This document shows positions 11,765 through 25,400 of a stretch of DNA of 64,000 nt, in pieces; position 1 is the first letter of the stretch; each line of letters opens with the position of its first letter. The notes below the pieces were generated by a model. It made no database searches. It had not been told where the DNA came from and saw only the letters and a list, made by a program, of their open reading frames with translations. Position numbers and translations under genes: made by a program. The stretch is from Phoronis australis (Eukaryota > Animalia > Phoronida): contig NMRA01000132.1 in NCBI GenBank assembly GCA_002633005.1, positions 620,001 through 684,000 of the forward strand, in the 5' to 3' direction.

Positions 11765-14700
11765 CTCTTTCTTCCTCAAGGGGTCCTCCCTGCGTAGCAA
11801 GATCTCAAGAATGGGTATGATAAATGCCAGTGTCTTTCCACTTCCTGTAACAGCTTCAGCCGCAACATCCTTGTTGGTCATGAACAAAGGAATACAGGCT
11901 GCCTGCAATGCCAGAGAGAATATAGTGTTGTTAACAGAAAACAAACAAGCACGGGCAAACAGTACAGCTTAGGCAGCGTTCACATATTACCTCATCACTT
12001 GAGGGGGGAGGGGGTTTGGGGAAAGACGATTTATGATGGGGGTTAGAACCATGGTGACGTCATCACATGGTTTATTAGAATATATCCATCACAATACATA
12101 TCAGTTGGGAACTACGCTTTAGTTCACCCTTCCAGGGGAATTGATGTTACGGGGAGATTTTATGTAGGATGAACATGTCATTTATTTATCATTAAAGTAT
12201 GATACAGACACACTACAACTTATGTTAACTATGTACATGAGAATAATATTGCATGAGAAGTATTAGTATTCATTAAGTATATAGTGGTTGTTGTGATTTA
12301 GACAATATACTGATTATTATATCCAAATCAAACTGTGTTGTTTCAACCGCCTACCGACAAGATATTCATCACATGACAATTGACTTATTCCAAAATTGGG
12401 ACCCACCGTTTCACGCTTCCAAGACTTGATCATTTCATTAGGCATACCTTCAGCACATGTACACAAACAAATGACAGACCCTCTCCATCACTACCCAACA
12501 GGGGGAGGTTTGGACGTAATTAGAGGCTGGATAGGGGGGTCATATCATCATGAGGAGGAAGGGGGTAACAAGTGGCAAATTTTGAATGATGTAATGTGTG
12601 AACATGCCCTTATTAATGTTATTATTATTTGTGTCCAGATAACCAGTTGTCCAAGAAACCACATGGCCAGCCCAATAAACAACTTCTTCAATTAGCCCTA
12701 GCACAAGAAGTATTGCCAAGCCTAAGCACCTGTGAAATGAGCTTGCAGAGCTCAATACATAGCTCGATCACTTTACACTTGTGATGTATACAAAGAGTGT
12801 CTATCTTTTTAACCGCTTCCGCTTGACACTGCTGGTCAGTTTGTTGTGTGAATATTCAGCTGATCAAGTGCAAGTGGACGATTGCTCCACAACGTTAGTA
12901 GCAAAATATCGGTAGATCGCCAATTTTTCCAAAACTGGTAAATAATTTAGTTTACTCAAGGAAGAGAGTAGTTTTTCATGAGACTGTGCCATATTTTATT
13001 TAACTGATCATTTTTCCCCACATCAGTGCAAAGCAAGTTGTATACAGCTCTGCACTAAAGCTACTGGCTGTTTAACCAGTGACCACCATCTCTAGTTGGC
13101 CCCAGTAGAAACAATGAAGCTCCTATAGGAGTTTCATAGGCCTGAAGCTTTTTGGCGAATTATGTTTCACACTGACTAAACATCAAAGTCATGTGTGTTA
13201 TAACTAAGTACCTTTTGTGCATAGGGGAACACCCTCGGAGGCTGTCAATGTCTTTAATTCCTTCCAAAATGAATAAATACACCTGTAACACTTTTTCTTC
13301 AAGCAGTCCTTGGTTCAGTCGCCAAAATCGGCACTGCGCATACTCATGCGGACGGCCCAGTAAAAATCACAAGCGTCCTCAGCTTCTGATCGTCCCCAAT
13401 ACACTACATATGTACTACATGAAAATTGCCGGTTTGTCACGGAAGGTCACTGACATCAATAACTCCACACTTAGCCAGACCATTTCGTAACCTTCCGTGA
13501 TGAGCCGGCAATTGACATCAATTCGTAATTCATTGGATTATTCTGTACCCTACTTGACCTTGACCGCGTGAAGCATTGCTAGTACGCAGCAACTTTCTGA
13601 GAAGATTTTTGTACTTTGAACGCGAATTTGTTGCGAACTTGGTGGAGCAGGACACTGTAAATGGTATTGGAAAAAAGAACAATTCCTAACTCCTCAGTCA
13701 TGGTTTGTTGAAGCCCTGTTTTGTGTAAATTTATAGTTTTGTGTTTGCTATGGACGGCTGAAGTGAAGCACCCGTGCAATTTCTAGTCTGGAGTGTCATA
13801 CCTTGTAGTATTCTATATTTGTGTATTATTGGGGACAGTCACTAGTCAGAAGCTGAGGACGCCTGTGCCCGGTGGTAAAAATTGGAGCGCATGCAGTGTA
13901 AAAATGGACAATTGCGGATTAGGGTAACTAAAAAAGGGGACTTTAATGTTTTAATCAGGGTTAGGCACAATTCTCCATGAAGCCTGTGGCGTATGAAGCT
14001 CTTATATGTCTCCTATACCAGGGCTCGACGCTATTAAAATCGCCAGGTCGCATTTGCGACCTAGCCAAAATCCCAGGTCGCATTTTCAAAATCCAGCTCG
14101 CATTCTTAAATGCCAGGTCGCAAAATTTTCCCCGCCATTTTTACGCGCCAAAATAGATTTTTTAGATCATCGAGAAAATGTTTAGATTATGCTCTTACAT
14201 GCAGCGTTAAAGACTCAAAAATTTCGGATCTCAAAATTGACTTCATTTATGCAGGTGCGGCCTTACTGTTCTTCAAGAACGCCATTGAAAGACAAGGCAA
14301 GTTGCCGACGTGAAAGTTGAATCAGTGCTCTCTAACTCACTTGTGAATTCGAGCAGCTAAATTTGCTATGTGAAAAGGGAGAAAATGCCCGTTGACAAAG
14401 TATCCGGGATTTTGTTAGATCTGGCCTGCTACTGGCTGTCATCAGAGTCGTTAACGATTCAAACTAACTCGGGTAATGGCGAGTTTGCTCCTCAATACCT
14501 TCCAAGTACGGGAAAAATAGGTCAGTCACAAAACGACACGCATGTCACTAGTGTTAACTTTCTTTCCGAGGTATAAAACAAAGCTGGGATTTGGTTTTTA
14601 CATATTGTGAAAAGACGTTTTTGAAAATTGAAGTTGTGTAAAGTGAACGTGACATACCATATAAGCTGCGTGTCAATTTTAAACCACGCGCGGTCATTTG

Positions 14701-15932
14701 TAGTACGCTGTGATGGGCGCTAGCCTGAACTGTGGGCGCTTAATTGGAAATTCTCAAAAGTGGAGGGGAGCGCTTTTTATGAAACACTTGTGCGTGAGCA
14801 TAGTCGTTAGCCTCTAGTACCCGGTTAGTTGCAATAGCTGGCTACGGGCATAGAATATAGGGAACATCGACCTCGGGAAGCATCGCATGCGCGCACCTAG
14901 GGGGGGAGGGGGTGGGTCTCGGGGGACTCGAACGAGCCCCCCCCCATTTGGTGAAGTGGACAAAAAGGTCTGCCTGTGAGAAACAAAAAGNNNNNNNNNN
15001 NNNNNNNNNNNNNNNNNNNNNNNNNNNNNNNNNNNNNNNNNNNNNNNNNNNNNNNNNNNNNNNNNNNNNNNNNNNNNNNNNNNNNNNNNNNNNNNNNNNN
15101 NNNNNNNNNNNNNNNNNNNNNNNNNNNNNNNNNNNNNNNNNNNNNNNNNNNNNNTCTTTAATTGGCGTTACTTGAAACTGATTGTATTTCAATGAATCAT
15201 TGTTTGTATTTGATAAAAATAATTGCTGTTGATATGACATTTAATAGTCCATGTGCACATATTTGACATTTTAATGTTTAACAACACGGCAAATGCACGG
15301 CTGGTTCCCGGCAGCACGTACGCGAAGGGCGGGAACTTCAGCTTTCAAAGTTCGCCGGTAGGTCCGCGACTTCTGACCTTCGGCCTGGTTAAAAAAATGA
15401 AAAAGTTGATTTCACGATTTTGGGAACTGAAATAATTCGCCGAAAAGCTTCCGGCGTACAGAGCGCCTATAGCCTCTACATCGCCTCTGGTTCGGGCCAA
15501 CAGAGGCGATGGTCATTGCCTAAGGACGCCTGTGCCCGGTGGTAAAAATTGGAGCGCATGCAGTGTAAAAATGGACAATTGCGGATTAGGGTAACTAAAA
15601 AAGGGGACTTTAATGTTTTAATCAGGGTTAGCCACAATTCTCCATGAAGCCTGTGGCGTATGAAGCTCTTATATGTCTCCTATACGAGCTTCACCGTCTA
15701 TACTGGGGCCGACTAGAGACTGTGTCTGATCACTGACTGCTGCCTGTGCTGGCTAGCTGTAACAGGTCAGTCCACAAGCTCGTAAGTAATTGAGGTTCTC
15801 TACATATATTTTGTGACACAAAGTTAACAGTATTACCTGAACAGGTGTCATGCGATCAAACCCTAACTGCTGAAGTGACTTGGAGATTTCTGTACTCAAA
15901 AAAACTGGCAAACTTTCCCACTTATCTTCCAT
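11765..15932 (-). CDS. DDX55: ATP-dependent DEAD-box RNA helicase DDX55 (Spb4), coding exons 1-2 (15932-15837, 11902-11765); remainder presumably left of the window
   Basis: Exon 1 [32 protein letters not shown]|gtaata; exon 2 ttgcag|[46 protein letters not shown]|gt. Contains the Q motif and Walker A with the DDX55-typical [14 protein letters not shown]. Confidence 0.92.
11972..12609. mobile_element. PIF/Harbinger-like MITE
   Basis: tta|GGCAGCGTTCACATATTAC ... GTAATGTGTGAACATGCCC|tta: imperfect TIRs and TTA TSD. Confidence 0.7.
13856..14019 (+). repeat. ~163-bp direct repeat, copy 1 (copy 2 at ~15523-15685)
   Basis: aggacgcctgtgcccgg...tatgtctcctatac; only one mismatch seen between the copies (ttaggcac vs ttagccac). 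Confidence 0.9.
14019..14990. mobile_element. Left end of a hAT-like DNA transposon, truncated by the gap
   Basis: Starts CAGGGCTCGAC with repeated subterminal CCAGGTCGCA motifs; the matching right end is not visible. Confidence 0.6.
14991..15154. other. Assembly gap
   Basis: Run of N. Confidence 1.
15523..15685 (+). repeat. ~163-bp direct repeat, copy 2
   Basis: Near-identical to ~13856-14019, on the other side of the N gap. Confidence 0.9.
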
Positions 15933-16441
15933 GCTTTTGCAGAAGACAAACGCGAGTTAATATAGGTCAAGAGAGGTCAAGTACGGTAACGAAATCATTA
16001 CACAATTATTTCAGAGACTGACGGATCTGAAATCAGATACATCATAATATTTAATTTGTATTTATAGTCATTTGTGTCAATAGCAACTTATTTAGTTTTT
16101 ATTTTTAGACATGTTTAAGCACTGGAAGGATATGTTATTAGTTTTGTGTACTAAGTCGGAAATATCCACCTTCTGTTCTAACATTTTCTATTCAAAGTCT
16201 CTATTTAAATCATTTTTGTAATTTGACCTATGAAATCAGGCGTGCTATGATAGTTCATATTATTTAAGACCATCTATTATTGATATAAAAACAAATTAAT
16301 CGTCAGTTTTCGAACTATTGTTTTTTTTACCGGATGCCAACCATTTGAAAACGAGACTGGTCCATCTGTACAGGTTGTTGGTGATCGCTATCTGTGAAAG
16401 CCCACTCTCATTGCTGCAGATTAAGGAATTTGTGTTTCAGA
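15933..16441. promoter_or_regulatory. Divergent DDX55/GGNBP2 5' region (putative bidirectional promoter)
   Basis: Start codons are only 510 bp apart, head-to-head. Confidence 0.55.
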
Positions 16442-19400
16442 ATGGCAAAGCTAGTAGCAGTTTGTCGTTCTGATGATTACCCTTTTGAAAGGAGACAAAC
16501 ACCTCTGGTGGTGGATGACAATTTAACGGTTAGTAGCTCTCCCGCGCATTCGACTATAAGTTGGGACCAGTTGGCTGTCGTTACAACATACAGGAAAATA
16601 CAACGTTAACTGTCGTAAACAGTATTGTTTACCACCCTACTCCTAAATCATAGTCACTTGATAGGGGTGTTTTCTAAATCCTCTTTTCGTGTTGATTCAA
16701 AAAATGGATAAAATGTAATGATTGTTCCTTTCTTGCATTTGCATTAATCACTTTTCCGTTGATCTTCATTTCAGTGCGCTGAGACAAGAACTGTCATTTT
16801 CCATTAGAGTGACCTCTGTTGGTCACAGGATGACACAATCATGCACTACTAAATAATGCCTAACTAGGCTTTTGTGTAATAAATGTTGGATGTCAAGTAG
16901 TTCTCTTCTTTCAGTTTGGACACTAGATAGGGACTAGCATCAGCAGCTGCATATCTAGCCTTGCCCTGGCTTGGGCTTGGTCGTTGTAGGCAGTAGCACA
17001 TCCCTATAACATTATCAATATATTAATTTGCGCATGTAGCATTGACTGTTAACTTTGGCTCTATTAATGAACATTTGTTTTTCCTTCTCAGGATACCCCA
17101 GCGGAAACCATTACTTTTTTGGAAAATTTGGAAGTCTCGTGATAGTGTCAAGAAGACTGAATTTTTTCGTTTTTGTTTCCCGCAATCGTTTTGGCGAGTT
17201 TTAGCGATGTCTAGTGTAAAGTCAGTGAAACTGATTCTTTTCACATCAGTGGCTAAATAGTGGTCATGCAAGTATCGGCATCGAGTTTTCTTTTCCTGCT
17301 AACATTTTGATCTCTCCGTGATACCCACATTCTTTTGAAGTTTTAATTCAGCTCCATTTTTTTCGCCATTCTTTTCAGAGAAGTCTTGCTCACTTGTAAA
17401 TCATTTGTGACTTCTGAGAGACTTGGGAATCCTTGGGTTGTCCTCCTGGGATTGAATCAGTTTCTCAACACAATTTTCATTTTATTTCAAACTCACAGTC
17501 TTGGGTCTCCCGTTGCCATTTTTACGCACAACAGATTCTGTGTTGATTATTTTAGCAAAAAGTCTGTTTACAGTGGCACGACTCCACCCTTTTCCCTTCC
17601 GATTCTTCTTCCACCTGACCTCACCCTTTCTCCTTGAAACAGGTTGCAATACGGTAGTATATCACTTTAACTTGAAGGCATCCTTACAAACCGGAATATT
17701 AGACAAATTTAAACTGGATACAGATCTGACAATAAAAAAACAATAGACTTGCGACCCAGGCAGGCATTTTTTTGACTGAAAGATGCCAGCATAGCATGAA
17801 CACGATGAAAGTCACAGTGATATTGTATTTTTCACCCTGCTGTATTGAATTTCACAGTACTTCCTTTTTGTAATTCTCTAAATACTTTGTAGACTTGTTG
17901 ATGACATCCTGAAGATACATTGTGAAAAATTTTTGAGAAATTATTTGTCAAAAAGTGGCTTGTTTTTTTAGGAAACCTGATATATCAAATATATCAGTCA
18001 ATGAATGGTACCGAAAAAAAATCGGGTAGCAGGCAATCACAGGGTAGCTAATGATTGGGTGTCACATAGTTATTGTATTGAGACTTGCAGAAGAAAAAAA
18101 AGACAGATGGAAAGCAAGTAGTTTCACTCATTTTATTACATATAGTGTATGAGACAAATGAGAGGTACTTGTATGTCTAAAAAGATTGAGATGAACTCGC
18201 GTGATTCAAGCTTAGAGGGACATTTCAGGAGGTAATGGATGTCTTTAAAAATTCTTCCAACTGAAACATTTCTGGAATCAAGGTTTCTTTCCAACGTATT
18301 CATGAACTAGCCATTTTTGTTATGATTACATCTCTGCACACTGCACATGTCTACAGCTACAGCAAGTAAATGTTGTAATCACATCGAAGTCGACCTCTAT
18401 GACCTCGGAAATAAGCACGTCATTAACACACCAGACTAGTTATCTGTCAGGTTTGCTAGCACTTAAAACTTGGTCTTCGGGGTTGCTTCTTTTGTACGTA
18501 CCTGGGCAAAATGACATTTGCCAAAGATATTGTAGGTAATATTATTAAATTTAACTTAATTGTAAGCGTTACAGGAGCAACCAAGGTCAAAAAGGACAAA
18601 GTTTGTTGACGGGTAATTCTATTGGTGTTCTGATTTTTGTACTCCTTTTGGTGTTGGTCAAGAGAACTTTTCTAAAGGAACACAAAACATGAACTCATAA
18701 TCTGCCCTGTTTTCAGTGCTATTAAGAGACATGGTGGTGTAGAAGTATTCAGATGTTGATCCTTTTTGACAACAACATAACCCAGATGTAGGTTTAAATT
18801 GATCTTTTTCCAGTATTTTCTCGCTGTCTTCCTTTTGTTTATGGTTCAACAATGTTTTACTAGAAACTCCTGCAATTTTTCAGATGGTATTGCAGTTCAC
18901 TGACACTTGCTTGGGCTGTGATATGAATGGCCTGAAGCAGAAAGCTATGGAGCACTTTGTGCAGAGATTCCATGCCTTGACCAAAGATGAGGTGGCCATC
19001 GCCATGATGGTGACCAGCCGAGAAATATTCAACCTTCTCTCACAGTTGGTGCCCTGTGTGGGTTGTCGGAAAAGGTAGGTAATGAGATGCGTTCAAAAAC
19101 CATAGTTTCAAGCCAGCGCAACATCTGAGTTTTTTACCAAATATTTGTCATGTCATAGTAGTGAGCTTTGGTTGTCCAGGTTGCCAATCAGGGTGCTTAA
19201 ATTAGAGAATTAAAATCGGGGTGCTTGAAAGCGAATTTTTTGAGAAGTGAGGGTTGTTATTTTAACTGAATGTTCGATCGAGTAAATAAAATGTCCAGGG
19301 AGTTATATTAATGTCTGACATCAAGTGCATGAGTCAAATGCAAGATCAGCATGTAGACAATGAGTACTACCTCGAGTACCAGAGCAAGTTCCATTATTCA

Positions 19401-22400
19401 AAGTTAAATAAGTTGCATACTTTTTTGGGAACTAGAATTTTGATGAAACAGGCATTCACAGGCACCTTTAATGAAATCTCGTTTGTATAATCTGGGTGTG
19501 AGCAGTGAGCCCAGCATGGGCTATGGAAAGTAAATATTTGGAAATTTCAGGGGTGGATGGTAAGCTGAGCAGGGATATTTACCCTGACAAGTTCAGTATG
19601 TTTTTTTTTTGAGAGGCTGGTATCTGAAAAGCGCTATTCCGCATCCCCAAAAATTGCTTTTTGGCAGAAAATAGTTGTTTGCAGAAAATTGTTGTTGGCA
19701 TTTTTAATTTTAAGAAGATGTGTCATGGCCATCAATCATCAAAATGACTTGACAGGTTTTAACAGGAAAGTTTCTAATGTTTGATCAAAAGTCTTAGAAA
19801 AAATACCAGGTATTTTATGTGGTTTAATGATTGTATACTTAGTCATGGGCTTTTTCTGTTATTCTTCTAGTGTTGAAAAACTATTCGGTCAACTGGTTGA
19901 CACGAATTACCCGTCACTTGACCCCTTAATCATCACCAGATCGTCTGGCCTGTCTGTAAAGAGAACATACCTGTTTGATCCAAGAGCTTTATATGCACTC
20001 TTTTATGTTCACGGGTAAGTACAGGTAACCACCTCAAAGCAGTAATTGTCCTCATTTCGTTTTTATGGTTCGTGTAATGTTGCTCATGAAATGTGGTTTT
20101 TCAAAGGAAAAATATTGAAGTCCTTTGTCACTTGCAGATGAATTATATTAGTTATTGGAATATTTCATTTAGATTTGGTTGAATCGGGTGTCTCTTATCA
20201 ATGATAAATGTATTCATAAAAAAGATTTTACTATCCTGAAGTTAACCTTCATTTCAATCTTTAGTCATCTCAGTTCATTTTATGTAGAAACTATTTGCAA
20301 CAGTAGCAAGGTATTTTTAGACCAATTCGTTGGAATTGATCAGCGCTGTTCATGACTTCCATATTCAGGCCATTAAAAAAACTGGTCCATTTAAATTAAT
20401 ATTCATTTTCCTTCAAAAATTACATACCTATATTTTCCTACCATGCAGGTCCAAATTAAACGACTTGATGGACTCAATAGCCAAGGGTAAGAAAAACAAG
20501 AGGTGTCCCCTTCACTCACTGGAAACGCACAAGAGTAAAGCCGCCAGGTATGGTGTTTTTGTAACTTATTAAAGGGCCTCACCTTCCACCTGGTCTCTGT
20601 CACATAAGGTCAATACTACTGACAAATGAGATGAATAGATATGCTATTGGTGATATGCTCTGCATATTAAATTACCGTATTCGCCGTAATAACCGCCCAG
20701 GGCGCTTAGAAAAGTTCGGTTCAGGGGGGCGCTTATTATAACCCAAGGCGGTTGAAACCCGGTCTCTGAAACGGGTGAAATCGGAAGCTAAGATTCATCA
20801 AATTTACACTCTGTGACATATCTGTAATCTATGAAAGACTTCCAACAAAACTGTGGTGCATTGCTATCAAACTTTGTTGCTAAATTACGATCATTTTACA
20901 GAAAATTGTGCTGAAATCCCAGGGCGGGAACTCGCCGACTGACTGCCTCGAAATCGCCGTCTTCGATATGGCGACTTTAACGCTTGAATAAAAATAGTTT
21001 CGACTCGAGCAAAATTACCTGAAATCTTCATTAAGTTTTCTAAGTAGCGTTCCTAAGATTTTTTTTAAGTTCCCGTGGAGTCTGGATTAACAGCAGGTTT
21101 AAGTACAAATCTGTGCAACATCGTGACATCTACCTGTATGATCGGCAACACGGCGAGAAAAATGTGTGGACGAACACACATGTTGTTGTCACGTGACGTT
21201 TGTTTTGAAGTTCGTCTGCCTTAGTGAGTAAGCGAGCGCGTGCATGTCACCAGAGTTCATTTGCCAAAGCAGAGACCGTCTTTTGGCCAGAGCCACGCAA
21301 TCTAACGAGCTTGATGTGCATTGTGTCTAAAGAAATTTGCATAAGCAGTAGGCCTAAACCAGAGCATGTTTCATTCAGCACTTGCCAGTCTCGTGCTAAA
21401 AACGTTCGGCATTTGTTTCGGTAAGGCCCATATTAGTCGCCGTGTAGATGGATGTGTACGTAACTATCTGACAGATATTTTTCGGTGTAAGGGTGTGTAA
21501 GCATTCACTGTCAGTTGTCATTTTATTGGATATTCGGCTTAAAAACACCAATTATGGTTAATCAAACAATCCATGTAAAAAAAATAACGCAAACATGTTT
21601 TATAGTATTAGAAATTGTGGGAAATTAGTGCCAATATTCATTTCTTACCGATGCTATGCTACCTGTTTCATGAATGGATAGTTCCCGACTAATGTCTTAG
21701 ATGACAGGTTCATATATGTAGCGCGCGCTTCCTGGCCACGTGCGTTTAACACCGAGTTATTTTTATTCATGAGACAGTCGATGTGTCTACTGAAAGATCA
21801 GACCATAGTGGGACACGGTCGTCACGAGAGTACAACGCTGTTGCGTTCTTTTTGAAGCGCTGCATTACTTTGAAGTGTATAGTCACGGCTAAATACAAAC
21901 GTAGCAGTACCGCTGGTGGTCTAGAAGACCCGTGCATGTACAGGTTCATGGAGTGGGTGCTTATTTCAGCAAACTCTGAAAACGCGTGGGGGGCGTTTAT
22001 AGGGGCATGGGCAGTTATTACGGCGAATACGGTAATACAGGAAAGACCTGCCTTTTTTTTCCTGAAATCTTTTTCGAAACATTCCTTACATGAGCATTTC
22101 CTTTTAAAGCCGTTACTCAGATGTATTGAGCTAACCATGTAGTTCTAGCAAAGCCTTAACAAAATAAGAGAACGCAAGATTCATCACTCAAATTTTGGCC
22201 CGTCAAATGATAGGTCAAGTTGCCTCTTTGTGCCATGTTGTATCACTGCGAGATCCCAGCACAAACAACAAAAGGTCGATAGCAGGTGTATTGAATAAGG
22301 GTCTGAAGTATAACACCATTGCGTACGGGATGTTATTCTCAGCTGTTTGAATTAAAAGGTGATTCTCGCGGTGACATAGACAAAAGCCAGCCAATACGCC

Positions 22401-25400
22401 TAACAATTTGTTACATTGACAATTAATGGCACCAGTGGGCTCAGAGCTATGCTCTTAACTTATTGTAAGAACCCAATATACAAGTGTTATCATGTAAGAC
22501 TGGTTGTAAAGCTTTTACAGATATAGTTGTAGAAGGTGTCTTGTCACGATCTCATGTCAGGAAAGTTATTGTTCTGTCTGTGCAGTACTGGTTAAATGTT
22601 GTGAAAACCCTGCTTTCGTGTGTGCATCATCCAATGGCATGCTTTATTGCAGCAATTGGATGGAGACGTGGGAGCTGATGTCCAAGGAATGTCGCGAGGA
22701 GGTGGTTCTGATTGACACAGACATCATGAGAGATACACTGGACACATATCTACGAAAACACAGGTACTGGGAATGATTGCATTTGCTTGGCTCATCTGGT
22801 GGACGGGTTGTATGATGAACTCTATTGGCATTCCTGTCATTATATATAAAGTTTTTTTCTAAATAGGTTCGTAAGGATGTCTGATATATGAGTAAATACA
22901 TTTTATCTTTTGCATCCACAAATAAATTGAAAAAATTACCAGAAATTTTCAGCTTCTCAGATATCATGGCTGAAACCTTCACAAATGTGATGTTTTCCCA
23001 CTAAGTGTCACTGGGCGTGATACAGGATTGTACATACGTCCAAGTCTGTAAGCGCCATCATCTCTGTTCATAGGATTATGCTGTTTTGAGGTGTTGTGGA
23101 TTTCAAAACTGCATATTAATCCTATGAGTAGAGACAATGGTGTTTACAGGCTCAGGCGCATGTACAACCCTGTATTACGCCCAGCGACACCTTGGGCAAG
23201 ACATCGCACTGATGAAGGCGTCAGCCATGATATCTTTGATTTTTACCAACATCGTGACTGCATATAGCCTTTAGGGTTGAACATTACACAGACAGTACCA
23301 ATGATGGTAGATCTTGACAACTTTTGCTACGGATAAGGCTTTTTAAGTCCGAGATGGTACCTACTTGTTGGAACAAAGTGTTTGTTAATGTTTCTCTTAA
23401 GTTTGGTCCTTGAGTTGTCTTTAGCATAGTCCATGTTCCAGACTAGTTATAATCTGCAGTGTTGATCAGTTCTATCGTTGTCTCCACAGGTTCTGTACGG
23501 AGTGCAAAGCCAAAGTTTTGCGTGCCTATAGCATTTTGTTAAATGAAATCAATGGTAACGACGAGAAAGGCTACTGCCCAGCCTTATTCGAAGGTAATAA
23601 TATATCATTGTACTCGTACTGTCTAGCTTTATTTGAAGGTAAATGATCCCTAATATACTAATAGTGCCAGTCTTATTTGAAGGAAATCATCCCAATGTTC
23701 TAATACTGCCCAGTCTTATTTGAAGATAATGATCTCTAATATACTGATGCTACCCTGCCTTATTTGAAGGTAATTATCCCTGTCAATATACTCGCACTGC
23801 ATCACAAAATGAAACATTAAGATTTTTTAGCATTTTTAATCATGAACTTACATAATAGATTGTTGCTGCAGTGACTATAGATTCGAAATATTTTTTAAAT
23901 TTACATTTTGGTACTGACATGCATGTATATCAATTGGACCAGTTGATGCTGGACAGTGACTTACTGAGAAGAACCTTAGTGTACTTGAAATGTGTTGGAT
24001 ATGAAGGCTATTGGTTGTGTGAAAATGTTCTTCATTCGATATATACAAAGTGCCTCTGTTTTGTGCTACAGAACTGCGTCACTGTCGAGATCAACAGCAC
24101 ATTCATATTCCATGTCGGACAGAGTACATTGCCAGCCTTATTGGTAGGGCGGAGCCTGAATTGATTGGCAGGTAACACAATCTCTATGACTCTTTGAAAA
24201 GTTAGATTAAAGTGGATGCATTTTCTGCCTTCTTATGCATTAGTGAACCCTGGTGTTATTAATTTGCTGAATATAGAGGTTAAAACTGCAATAAACCCGC
24301 GCCTTTTGTCATAAAAGACTTGTAACTTGGGCCACTTCGAGTAAAAAAGTGGTCTCGTTTTGTTGTTCACTCAAATCAGCACTGATTTCTAAGTTTGAAC
24401 TTTCCTCTGCTACGTACTCTACACTTCATTTACTGCTACAGACATGACGGCTGTTTCTTGTAGTTTTTTACCTTTCGCTAAAAGTCAGCCTATGAAAAGC
24501 TTAGTCTGTTTATGAAATCAGCCTAAGGCAAAAAGTCGGCAGGTCTGTCTACAACTCAAACACCAAATCCATAGCCTGCCCGGGAGCAGATAAAAAGCCA
24601 AAAGACAAAAAATCGACTTATGGATATTTGTAGTCAGGTATCTGACTTAAGGCTAAAGAGAGCAGACTTTGAAAAACAAGCCCCTGATGTAGTGAGGTGT
24701 TCACTGTGTGTGATAGTATACAGGTTATGTGAATTTCCTCGCAGGGAAAGACATGCCAAGACGCTGGACGTTGCTCAAGAGGAAGTATTGACATGTATCG
24801 GCCTGTACATCTATGACCGGCTGTTCAAGATATCACAGAAAGTACGCAGCGAGGAACAAACATGGCAGATACTTTTCTACCTCGGTGTCGACGCATTGCG
24901 CAAAAGTTTTGAGGTATTTTCAGAGTACAACCTCTTCTGCTGTGACTAGGATAACTTGCATGGGTGTATGGGTGTTGGGTCAACTTTTGTTTAAGTTGCA
25001 ACAGCATTTGTGTCATACACACCTTGGTCATGAAGGTTTATGCGTGTACAAAATTATACTTCATAAAATTTTGTGATGAATGTTTGTACTAAGTGCTTAG
25101 ACTTCTTTTGTTTTTATTCGTATCTCTGAAAGTCATTCTTTTTGTTATCTGTGTGACATGAATTAATTTCCAAATATCATTTGGACACTATTTATGTGCC
25201 CACTTATACGGCATCTACTGCTGTACCACTTGAACCCCTTGCAAGTTCTTCATGAAATTAAGCAGCCGTGGCAGTTTTATTTTGTGCGCCTACCCCAATA
25301 TCTACCATTGCAAGTTCTTTAACAGATCATCGGGGAATTTGGGAGCTATGTTCTTGTTCACAAGAACCTGACTTATGGACAGATTCAACCTCTGCTGTGC

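Noticed and set aside
14842-15240. ORFs with X runs (also 54061-54475)
   Set aside because: Artefacts of N gaps.
21767-22142. Overlapping ~120-aa ORFs as a transposase
   Set aside because: No DDE or HTH motifs; they cross the element's TIR into flanking DNA.
23572-23796. Repeat-spacer look of the exon 6 array
   Set aside because: The variable parts are homologous to each other; it is a decayed minisatellite and there are no cas genes.
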